From contig ADNK01001400.1 of NCBI GenBank assembly GCA_000320545.1, positions 62,001 through 126,000 of the forward strand: a stretch of DNA of 64,000 nucleotides. Reading direction: 5' to 3'. Both the position numbers and the translations under genes were made by a program. This DNA is from Bigelowiella natans CCMP2755 (taxonomy: Eukaryota > Protista > Cercozoa). This document shows, one piece after another, positions 13,456 through 24,669 of this stretch; position 1 is the first letter of the stretch, and every line of letters starts with the position of its first letter. The notes below the pieces were generated by a model. The model was not told the DNA's origin, made no database searches, and saw nothing but the letters and a program-made list of their open reading frames with translations.

Positions 13456-14802
13456 CTTTATCGTTGCCAGCGGTCTTTACTATCATTTCTGCTAATGATG
13501 CACGAACCATGTTTCTCTGCCATCCCTTTTAGGCGCGCACCGCTTTGATAGGAATTTCGGGCTTCAGCTACGTAGCTTCAAAACTCAATATGATTATGGA
13601 GTGGGCCGAATGCCATCTTGCCAAGTACCCGTGCTATGACTATAGTCTATCCATGGCTGATAGGTACGCCTTCAGCGCTTATGAATATGATCGCGATTGC
13701 AATGATAATAGTGATCACAATAATGATAAGTCCGATAATGATGATATTCTATGAAAATGATGATCATGATGCTAAAATAATAATTTTAGTTTTTGTTATA
13801 GAGTGATGATGATTAAGGGGAACGATAATGATGATGACAAATGATGATGATAAATGACAATGGAGGTCATTGGAAAAATTTCGCTGATCAGCTTCCAGTA
13901 TTCTGTAGTTAATTTTTCATTTTCTGTTTCTGTCACCACCATCATTATCAGTGATTGCATCCCAATATTCTCGCCAACCACGTACTCTTCCCCTCTTTCA
14001 TATCAGCATCATTGAAGCCATGAAAGCGTGGAAGAAAAGAGACCCGAAAGCATCAGCGGATAAGCTCTTGAGTGTTGGTTTGCGCGTGTTGTACGCCCGG
14101 TGTACATCTGAAGACCGTAAAATTCTGTCAGCCAAGCTCGACGAAGAGTTTCCTGGGACTGGAGAAACATCATCATCAAGTGTCGGTGAATGTGCATCCC
14201 ACAGTGCCATGACAAGTCTTTCTGAGGCACAGAGGTCTGCAATATCAGCTCTGAAGCTTACTTCTGAGGCTTCTGAAAACATGGCTTTCCTTCTCGCATC
14301 TGTGAACGTTTACAGATTCACTGGTGTCAACTACAGGAATGACACGAAAGAAATCGTTGGTTCGATCACGAGAATCGCGGCAAGACTAGGGATTACATGC
14401 AGCAATATAGTTTACTCCAACAAAGAGGATACACTGTGGAAAATGGTAAACGACAACAAGGGCCACCTTGTATGTGAATATGGCTCATACATCAAAGCTT
14501 TGAAGAATGCAATCAAAGAAAAGAAACCTGCTTGGGTCCTTTTAGTTACAGATCCGAACTACATTAGTTCATTTGTCGACAACACTGCAAAGGAGGATGA
14601 TCATAGACTGCAGAATACGTATGGTGCAGATATCAGTGATTTCTTAAAATTGATATCTGACGAAAATGAAATTTGCCACATCCGCGAAACCGGTGAACGT
14701 TTAGAGATGCCGAAGTGTGTGCGCGCAATCCACATCACAAACACGTACAAGTGGTTCAGTAGGGATGCGATTCGCAGCATCTCGCTGATCAATTATGATT
14801 AA
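7007..14802 (+). CDS. Multi-exon protein: TK/TKL-type protein kinase + ankyrin repeats + degenerate dynein heavy chain linker/AAA1/AAA2 region (start codon uncertain)
   Basis: Kinase motifs LGEGNFA, VALK, HRDIACRN, DFG, WTAPE and DIYALG (7670-9150). Ankyrin repeats GQTLL, RMTPLMHAV, GASALHLA, GQTPLILA and GRTPLHFAA (9860-11090). Dynein-like blocks at 11329-14802. Exons are linked by GT-AG introns with no obvious intergenic break. Confidence 0.75.
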
Positions 14803-15546
14803 AAATTTTAGAGAACATAATTCACATCTAGTACATGTTGACAGTCATTAATGTCGTTTCTGTTTGTTGTTGAACGGCGCGCCAATTCAAAATCATCATT
14901 GTGTTGGACGCTACTGATGCAGGACGCAGAGCACACACGATCCAGACGATGCATTGTGAAACAACGAGATCAACAGACTGCGGACCACTGGGCCTTGTAG
15001 CTGCTCGGGCAGCATCATAGCCATTATAGCTATTATGCGTGTGCCTTTCTTTGTACGTGTGTAGTACATGGAGCAATTGGTACGCATGTATTTGCGCGTG
15101 TGTACGCATCATAGCCATGTAATAGCTATCATTATTATGAGTCTCTGCATGAGATCCTCAATATGTGCAATGAGCTCTCATCTAGCTTGAAGTGATCTAG
15201 TGATCATTCCTTGTACGTCGATCTTCGAATCGAACGGCCCCGTAGTCCTTCAATCTAGCCTAGCTAGCTTGCTGCCCGCCGTCGATCGTCGAAGGCGTGC
15301 ATCGCAATGTAAGCTTTAGAGCGAGGAGCGAGCAGGCGATAACGTAACTACTCTCGATCAGTGCGTTATTATTCGCCACACATGCAGATAGAGTGCATGC
15401 CACTACTGCTACCACCCATGCAGTCGATCGCATGTCTGCCATGTATGCCATGTGCTATAGTGCGTTGCACATCTTTGCGATCGAACTCAATCTAGCAATG
15501 ACGATCGAGGTCTGCCGATCTAGCGATGTAGCAGAGACGCATATAT

Positions 15547-15633
15547 GAGACGGATGTAATGAAATGTTTAAATTTTTTCAATGGTCATCCTAATGTAGCT
15601 ATGCAATGCAGCGGCTACAGCGCTTAAATTGTG
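15547..15633 (+). repeat. Dispersed ~90 bp repeat, well-preserved copy
   Basis: Near-identical by eye to 48321-48412. Confidence 0.85.
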
Positions 15634-15998
15634 AGAGACGCACACCACATCTGCTACGTACATGCACATCATCGACCGCCAGCTAGAGGAGCCACATGCT
15701 GCATGGCTTGCATGTTAGCCCTGTTTGAAGCAATGATTCCAAGAATGACGTGTGCATAGAATTTGCATCTTAGCACAGTAAAATGTGATTTGAATGTGTG
15801 CTCGTGCTTGTCGTACTACTACTACGCAGCTGACATGCGCAAATGCGTGTTCGCAACCAACTTCATTTCAGAAAAAGAGTTAGTGCTCCAAATTTTTCAG
15901 TCATGTGATATATAATTAATAGATTTCCCACATGTTTATTAACACATTTTTACATGTTCAAGCACCTACTACTGCATGAAACAGACAGGGTAATGTAT

Positions 15999-17030
15999 TT
16001 ACGACATCTTAGCCATCAATTGTTCACGATCCTCCATGATGGTGTTCCTTACACCTTGGCTCCTTGGAAGCTTCACCATGGATTCATCTCCCCTTCCAAT
16101 AGCGAAGACGTTTGCTTCACGAGTTGCAAATTCATTTCCTTTCTTATCTTTGAGGTGTAGAATAGAGAAGGACCCAGGGTGGGCCTCTTTTCTGACGAGG
16201 AGTCCAACGCGTCCAGTGTTCGCCCCCTTGGTGATCATGCAGATATTTCCAATTTCAAACTTGATGGTATCGGTGATCTTGTTTTCCTTGAGGTCGAATT
16301 TAACGGTGTCACCATTCTTGATTTTAGGGTCTGGGTAGCGAATTGTTCGACCGTCGTGTGTGACTATCACAGGGATAGTGCCAGCTTGCCCTGTTTGGAA
16401 AGGGTTGCGTCCAATGCTTGCCTTTTTGCTTTTGAACTTCTTCACAACCTTAAGGAGCTTGAACTTGGACTCAGCAGTATTAATTTTCTGGAGAACGAAG
16501 CGTCCCTTCACATCGTATAGAAGGCGGAATTTCTCGTTCGACTTTGCAATGGTGATGACATCTAAGTAAAAAAATAATAAAAATGGATTAATAATAATTT
16601 CAATCTTCAACTACTACAAGAAAATTTTCGAGGAGGCTGTATAGTAATGAACGTACCCATGAATCCTGCTGGATAGTTGACATCAGTGCGGATCTTGTGG
16701 TCAATCTCCACCAAGCGACGCATTACAATCATCATAACCTCACGGCCGGTAAGTGCGTACTTCAGACGATTGCGAAGGATAAGGCAAAGGGGAAGGCATT
16801 CCCTAAGCTTATGTGGACCAGTGCTAGGACGAGGAGCCTAATTAATATAACATGAAATTAGTAAGCTTGTTTTACACAACCCTTAAACCAAATTCCGCAA
16901 ACAAGTTCCACAAATTCCATATTAATCTAAGTGTTTATTTAGTAGATACCCATTCCCCTCCCAGCTTATCCAACATCCAGTGTTTTGGTGCGTTCAAGCG
17001 CTTGAGGTGCTTCTTCGGTCCTCTAGCCAT
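15999..17030 (-). CDS. RPS4: 40S ribosomal protein S4 (eS4), 3 exons
   Basis: [27 protein letters not shown]|[17 protein letters not shown]...YPAGFM|DVITI...[12 protein letters not shown]...HPGSF. Confidence 0.98.
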
Positions 17031-17679
17031 GGTTGTCTGCTTTAGATGTGACCTGGCGGACCTCGGACAATTAAATGCCGAATTATTTGGAAATTTTTCG
17101 GCTGGGAATCAGCATATTTCAGATATTAAAAGTCAGCCGACACTTAAGTTTTATGAGAAATTGCCTCTAAATAATTAATATTCATACCAAATGGCAAGTA
17201 TTTTAACTTTATTTGCATAAAATATGAAAAGGCCGAAAACACACTTTCTTTGTAAAAGTTACAAAAAGAATCTATTTTGTATAGCGACTTTCATTTCTCA
17301 CCCTATTCTCTATTTTATGACCAAACTTACCCTCTGTGCGACCTATCAGAACTTTAGTCTGAATTTACGCAGATAATAAGATTGATGCGACTTCATATAG
17401 TGTATGTCGTAGGTTGCATACTGAACATGAACGATGATGTTGAAATCAGTTAGGGCTAAAAGAGCCACTAATCGTTTCCAGATTAATTCTGAATGTCATT
17501 GGATTGGTACCCTACGACATTCCACTTTTGCTATCTTAATTGAGAATTCTTCGTCAATTCTTGAATTTGAGAGTGTTTATACTTTTGCGGGTCAAAACAG
17601 TCAAAATTCGCCTACATTCCATCTTCCGTAGGTATCTTTCAAGGACCCCTGTTTGCTTGTACCCTGGCTGGTGAGTACA

Positions 17680-19610
17680 ATGGCGCGCGGGAACTTCACT
17701 CTCCTCCTTGCAGTCCTCATCAATGTTGCTCTTCTGGCTCTACTTGGAACCAAGATATCTTCTCCGGTAATGTGTCAAGTATGAACGTAAATTTTGTGTG
17801 AAATTCAAGATCCTTTCACGTGATTTGTTATTTTGCGCATACCCCTTCGTACTACCCCCCCTTTCTCGAATCGTGATTTTCTTTATCTTCTGTCGATAAA
17901 AATTGACTATCATCTAACGGAATTCAAATTTTGATGCTTTTGATCGAAAATAAGCAAAGGGGTCAACCAAAATTATGTAACAGAAGTTTAGTAGCTCTCA
18001 TGCCGTTGTGTAGTAGCCACAATTCAAGGGAAAATTATATTCGATGTAAAGATCTAGAATACTTGAATCTTGCAATTTATAAAGACATTTGAAATCCGAT
18101 GACATCATTTGCTGCGTACTAAATAAAATATTTAAAACAGGCAATATCGTCGGGGATTGTGAAGCCCAGTGTCAATTCTGGAACTCGCACAAGACATTCA
18201 CTTTCAACACATCTTCATTCGCTTTCTTCTAGGGCGTCAAATATTTTCCGCTCATCTCGCTCTTCCTCCATGGCTCCATGGAACGCTTTACAGCGTGAGA
18301 TGGATGGTTGGATGCAAGACGCTGTCATTCGACGTGCAATTAGAGGCCCAGCTAGATCCCGTAGTAAAGTTCATGCAGCAGCTACAGAGGGACAGGGGAA
18401 CGAGCCTGTCTCCCTTGTTCTTGGTGGGGATGGATTCTGCGGATGGCCTACGGCACTTCATCTTTCGGAGAACGGACATAAGGTCATTATTGTTGACAAC
18501 TTGCTTCGTCGCAAGATTGACGAGGAGCTTGGAACCCAGTCATTGACACCCATCAAGTCCCCAGAGGAGCGTGTAGCTGCCTGGAAAGAGGTTAGCGGCA
18601 AAGATATTGAGTTTATCAACATGGATGTTTCACAGTCGCTGTCGGATGTGATGGGCCTGATGGAAAAGTACAAGCCTGACAACATTATCCACTTCGCTGA
18701 AATCCGTGCTGCTCCGTACTCGATGAAGTCTCCTGGAAATAAGGCAGAAACCGTCCGAAACAACCTTATCGGAGTGCACAATGTCTTAATCGGAATGCTT
18801 GAACATGTTCCAGACGCCCATCTTATCCATCTCGGAACTATGGGTGTGTACGGCTACGGCACAGTCGATGGGGCGATTCCAGAGGGATACGTTAACGTTT
18901 GCATGGGTGAGAAGGAAATGGAAATCGTTGCGCCCTACCATCCAGGTTCGGTCTACCACACAACCAAATGTCTTGATAACGTCCTCTTCAACTTCTACGT
19001 TAAGAACGACCAGCTCCGCATCACTGATCTTCACCAGGGTATAGTCTGGGGAGTGGAGACTCCCGAAACTGCCCGGGACCCTCGTTTGGTTAACCGTCTT
19101 GATGTAGATAGCGACTACGGTACGGTTCTAAACAGATTCGCAGTGCAATCTGCCCTGGGTTTAGACATTACACCATATGGAACCGGTGGTCAAACGCGTG
19201 CGTTCATCAACATTGCCGATACTTCACGTTGCATCCGCATTGCTACCGAGAACCCACCAGAGCGCGGAGAAAGAGTTAAGATCTTCAACCAAGTTGCTGA
19301 AAGCCACCGTGTCCGTGACCTTGCAGGGATGATGCAAAAACTCTCTCCTGCTGGGGCTCAGGTGAAGAACATTCCTAACCCGCGAAACGAAAAGTCCGAG
19401 AACGAGCTCGAAGTTATCAACCAGAACTTCCGATCATTTGGGTGGGATCCTGTCCTTCTGGACGACGGAAAAGCGCAGGAACTCGTTGATACCATCGTCA
19501 AACACAAGGATAGATTAGTTACTAACAACTTGAACCCATCTTCCTTCTGGGGGAAGAAACAGCAGGATGCTTGCAAGGAAGTAGACCCTGCTAAGGCTCC
19601 TGCAATGTAA
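17680..19610 (+). CDS. SQD1: UDP-sulfoquinovose synthase with bipartite plastid-targeting leader; exons 17680-17766 and 18141-19610
   Basis: Exon 1 MARGNFTLLLAVLINVALLALLGTKISSP is a signal peptide, followed by an S/R-rich transit peptide. The mature part has GGDGFCGWPT, GTMG, catalytic YHTTK (YxxxK), ITDLHQGIVWG and YGTVLNRF. Confidence 0.95.
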
Positions 19611-20250
19611 TCATCAATCCCTCCCCATAACTTCTGACTCAAGAAGATATAGCTAGATATTGACAGGTGCTTTAACGGTAAATGCTTAAACAGCTTCGAT
19701 TGTTTGGGCGAAGTCATGCTTGGTAGATAACTCCCTTTAATGTTTTCATTGTCTCTGTTTTCACTTTTGGTGGGATCTTAAAGTAGTGCAAATATAGACT
19801 TGCGACAGTTAGGTTGCACTTTTTGTAGGTCTGTCTCGTTATGGTAAATTTTATGATTCTTACCGTGGTTTTCCAATTGAATTGTATCATGCTTGCTGTG
19901 TTTTACCGACATGCATTCATCGCCAGTATACGGCGCAGTATAGCAGGCCTTATTATCTGCAGTTGTGTAGTTTGTTCATGCTAGCACGGTCTCATCAATT
20001 GCGACTGCGCGGCGGTGCTTTTTCTGGCCATGCACGCACACATTCTTTAGCGATCTTATTATAGCGATAGATGCACAGAATATAAGAACACGCATGATGA
20101 CAAGCACAGATTAGTGGCTGATCGCGCATGATAGCTAGACAGGTAGAGCTGCGTACGCTAATGCGTAGCAACTCTAGAACTGGCTGACGTTTGTATCTAG
20201 TATCTACTAGACATGCGAACCAGCCTAGCAGCAGCCTTCTACACAGCGTC

Positions 20251-20280
20251 AGACGGATGTAATTAATCAATTAAATGTCA
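20251..20280 (+). repeat. 5' fragment of the dispersed GAGACGGATGTA repeat (a second degenerate fragment lies at ~20340-20406)
   Basis: AGACGGATGTAATTAATCAATTAAAT matches 3376-3403. Confidence 0.6.
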
Positions 20281-20552
20281 GAGCGATGTGCAATGATCTA
20301 TAGTGATCTAGATGTACGTACGTGAATGATCTTTTTGTTAGACGGATGTGCTGCGCATGCATGAAGTGATGAGCATTTAAAATTTTTGCATTTATTGGCA
20401 TCATCCGAACATAGCTAGCTAGCTTGTAAGCTAGCGGGACTGTTCTTTACCACAGCAGAATGTAGAGAATCTAGTAATCTTTAGCCTACAGCATACGCTG
20501 CAACACTGCATACTAGGGTGCATCTCATTGAAACGTCTCCTCTTTTTTTGTT

Positions 20553-23500
20553 TCACCAATCGTCTCCAATATCTACTTCTGAACCATCTCTGGCCCGCTT
20601 CTTCTTAGCTACACGCAGCTTCCAATCCGTATCTTCGACTGGTATGAAGTTTTCGTTAGAAACAGCCGCGCCACTTTTCACCTGGTGATAAATGAGTTTG
20701 AAATCTTGCAGAATGAAAATTTAACGTGATACTCACCCACCTGGCGTTTTTTCCACTCTTCTACCTCCTTAGATTCTTGTATCTTCCTGCGCTCGTACGC
20801 AGTCACTGGGCTGAGAAACGAATAAATGTCAAATTTGATCACAAGTTCGCAGCTATCTACTAACCCGTCTTCAGAATGTTGTTGGCGTTGCACAGCAGCC
20901 CATTTGCTAACCAATCCAGCCATTTTTTTGTCTTTGATCTTCAGCTTTCTTCTTTTCTGAATAAAAGGCAATTCGAGGTATATTAGGTATGAAAAAGATT
21001 GGTAATCTCATCATCTTCGATCTTATTATCACTTTTATCGGAGCGGTTGTCGCAGCAGATGTGGGAACATTAGGAGCGTCCTCTTGTATGATACTCGATC
21101 CATCTGAGATTCAAGGTGTAAACGGTACTAAGCATGTTACATGCAAAAACGAAAGGACGCAATACCCCTTTCCTCGTGCTCTGGGAGTGGAGCTGACAAT
21201 TCTGCAATCTGTTCATCAAGATCTTCCTTGTTGATACTAATCTCCTCCGGCCCTTTGCCCTTCTGCAATAACTTGTCAGTCACTCTTGATTTGCCGCCCT
21301 GTACCTGCGTAATTGCAGCTTTCTGTACGGTTTTTGGAGCAATGGTCGTATTATTTTCCACATCCATTTCCTTGCGTTTTTCTGAATCACGCAGATTTAC
21401 CACCACCATCAGACAAATTGACCTCTAAGATTGTTGATGAACTTACTCAAGACGTTCTGCACTTTCTCCCCCAGTTCTCGAAGTCTGGTTCTCGTATTAC
21501 GACCGCTTACGTGCCCTGAATGGAGTAAAAAATCCCACATGAATAAATGGCGACGATCCTGTATACTAAGCAGATAACCTTTCTTCCAGTCGTCGATTCG
21601 AAGATCCAACTCTACCCTCACCCTTATCAACTCAGATATCTTCGTCCTAATTTGGAAGAGGCCACTCTCTTAGGGTTGGGCGCCATCTCTGAACTGCGTC
21701 AAATCAATATTACCCCTCCGGAATACCAGGCCAAGCGTCCTTGATACAGCAACGAATACCCGCGATCATCGCTTCGATCAACAGCTTGCCATTTGCTGAT
21801 ATGGAAATTATGGCCGCATCCATCATTAACACGAAAATTGATAGAATCTTCAACTATTTGGACCTTCTGTAAGGGCATCGTTCTCTTTATCAACAGAAGA
21901 CCTGGAATCCCTGGTGGAGATTCAGAAGAAGAAAGAGAAGAAGAAAGAGAAGAAGAAGAAGAAGAAGAAGAAGAAGAAGAGATGTCTATCTGATGGATTA
22001 TGTGCTCGACGAATGACACACGTCCAAAAATTCGAGAAATGTCTTTTAGATGCTTCCGTAGGGGTGATCACGCATGAACGCGGAAGAGGAGAATAGTTAG
22101 TGCAGTGGAAGAAAAAGAGGTGGGTGGGCCAGAAATTCGACCTGGTGCTACTCTTCTCGGAAGACCTGGGAGAAGAGCCCTCCCGTTTTCGCGAGGTACG
22201 AGCTCCGCTCTCCCTTTCCAAAGCTTTTTTGGCTTCAATCTCTGCTTTCTGAAATAATTGTCACCACTCTTAATTTAGGGAGCAGCATACTATTCACTCA
22301 CTCAAACGGTTGAGAACCAGTGAGAGTGCTATCTCCAAAAAGGTAGGAAATGATTGTCTGGACGACCTCGTATTCCTCCGGTTTAGTCCACGTCGTGGCT
22401 CCAGAGTCCTTGTTCCAGAAGTACATCTTCCCTGTAGTTTTATCTTTCACAGACCTCCATTTCGTTTTCTGTCATGTTCGAATTTTAGGGACCATGCATG
22501 CACAATCCGTCGTGAAGCGTAGAAGGTACCCGTTTCAGTTCTTTCTTGATTTTAGTTTCCAAATCAATTGCCTGCTTCTTCTTTTTCTCCTCCTCTAACT
22601 TTGCTTTCTCTCTCTCCTAAAAATAGTATCTACGTGAGTGCAACCATCATTACTATGGGGCCTTTACTAAATGCGACCTTTTTTTCTTTCTCCCGCTGGG
22701 CATCTTCGTCCTCTTGCTTCCTCTTTGCATCTTCTTCAGCCTTACAGTAAAAACACCGCATGTTGCATTTTGATCGTCAGTTGGTTCAATCGCACATTGA
22801 AGCGACGTTGTCACCTGCTTCTTCTTCTGCTCCTCAATATCCTCATTGATCTGTCCCATGAAGAGTGCGAGCTGGGACTTCATCTGAAAATAGTAGCAAT
22901 AGCTTAAGGGAAGCAGTCAATAATAGCTTGTCTATAGAGCACCTCCTCCGCTTTCCTTTTTTCCTCCTTCTCTTTTGCCACTCTTTCTGCCTCCTTCGAA
23001 TTCAAGTCACAATTAGGGTTACTCCAACATCACCACAAATCTCAGAATGGTTCATTAGTTCTGCCAAACCGCTTTCGCACGAAGCTTCGCTCTGAGTTGC
23101 CGGCGTTCTTCACGTTCCTTCTTAGCTTCTTCTCGGCGTCTTTTCTTATCGGCGCGGCGACGCTCGACTAATTCCTTCATACGCTTATATTGAGTCTTTT
23201 GGTGGTCAAGATCAATCAGTTCTGTTGGTTTTTCCCAGCTCGTTTTGCCAGAAACCTGCCACGTAGTAACACAAAAATTGAAGGGAGATTACAAGATAGC
23301 AAACTCCAAATTGATACCCTGTTCCAATAGTACGCTTTCCCTGTATTAGGGTCCTTTGTTGCAGCCCATTCACAATCGTCTTCGTTTGGGCGCTTCGGAC
23401 TCGGCTCATCGGGAGAATCGCTCTCTTCTTCCTCCGCGGAGCTTTCGAGAAGCTTTGCGTCCACTGATGTGCAACAAGGATGACATAGGGTTCGATTCTA

Positions 23501-23707
23501 GAAAGAAAGACGAAAAATTGGCAAGGAGTGCATACCACCCTCTCCAGTCTCTTCGTCATCTTCGTAACCGCCAAGGAGCCCTGCAAGAGGATTTCCAGCT
23601 CCATTGGATTCCGGATCATCTTTGGTCTCTTCATGTGGTTTGCGTAAGTGTTTCAGACGACTCTTGCCCAAAGCGAGGCGTCTTCTTCCGCCTCCTCCCC
23701 AAGGCAT
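20553..23707 (-). CDS. FNBP4: WW-domain protein, formin-binding protein 4-like, multi-exon
   Basis: N-terminal NPLAGLLGGYEDDEE, WW domain WAATKDPNTGKAYYWNR, and ELDLRIDDWKKGYL. The C-terminus LVSKWAAVQRQ...EVEEWKKRQV|KSGAAVSNENFIPVEDTDW parallels the FNBP4 C-terminus. Confidence 0.75.
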
Positions 23708-24119
23708 TCTGTTGCGCCCTTTCAAATGCGCGGAAGAGGGCCTCTCGTGACTGATAAATAATTTCCCTCACCACTGCTCACGGTCTCCCGCATTCGACAA
23801 GCTGCTTCTCCTTCACAACGATTGCTTACCACGATTTTGCCTCAACGACAAACATAAAATGTGAAAATACAGGCGAATTTACGAAGAATCCGCCCCTAAT
23901 TCCAAACTGAAGCACCACGAATTCGAGAGGATGCGTCTTGGCTAGTTAGATGTCGCGCGATGCGATACCCAACATCGTACTGCTCAAGGTCCTAGACCCG
24001 CGGACATCGAATAGACCGGAAAACACCCCGACTACAACGGCATGGTCGTCATTTATAAACCTGCGAGCGAAGAGGGTCTGCTGCGATATGGAGACTACTC
24101 GTCTCTCTCGCAGTTCTCT

Positions 24120-24163
24120 CCCAGTCAAAACCCAGTCAAAACCCAGTCGAAACCCAGTCGAAA
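24120..24163. repeat. 11-bp tandem repeat CCCAGTC(A/G)AAA x4 in a divergent promoter region
   Basis: Directly visible between the FNBP4-like and PDE start codons. Confidence 0.9.
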
Positions 24164-24669
24164 CTGACCGTTTCTTTTTGGTTGGAACCGTCACCAAGAC
24201 AAAGGTGAAAATAAGACAGCCCTCCGCTCGGTGCTTCTTCATCCACCCTATACAAGTGCAAACAAGGGGGGGAAGGCCCTTTCGCCATACTTTCCGCCTT
24301 AGCTACAGACCACGCTACTGACTGCCCACTTTTTTGAAAGGAGGCGGTGGTTGTCGGCAGCAGGGCTCAGCACACTGTGAGTAGCTTTTTAGTTGCATTT
24401 TTGAACAGCAGCTACCAAAACCGATAACTGTGTCAAAACTCTAAGATGCGAACATTTATCATCTCTGCGAATTTCCACGTTCACCTTTGTGAAATATGTT
24501 GCATTTTCTTTCGATTTCATCACAATGGATCATAACAATGATGTTAATGTGGCCCTTCAGACCAGAGCCCGGAGTCGAGATACACACAATTTGACTGCAG
24601 TGATGAAGTCACAGAAATTATTCTGAAACTGAGGAGCGTTTCTTTACTACATTGTGCAAACGATTTCTA

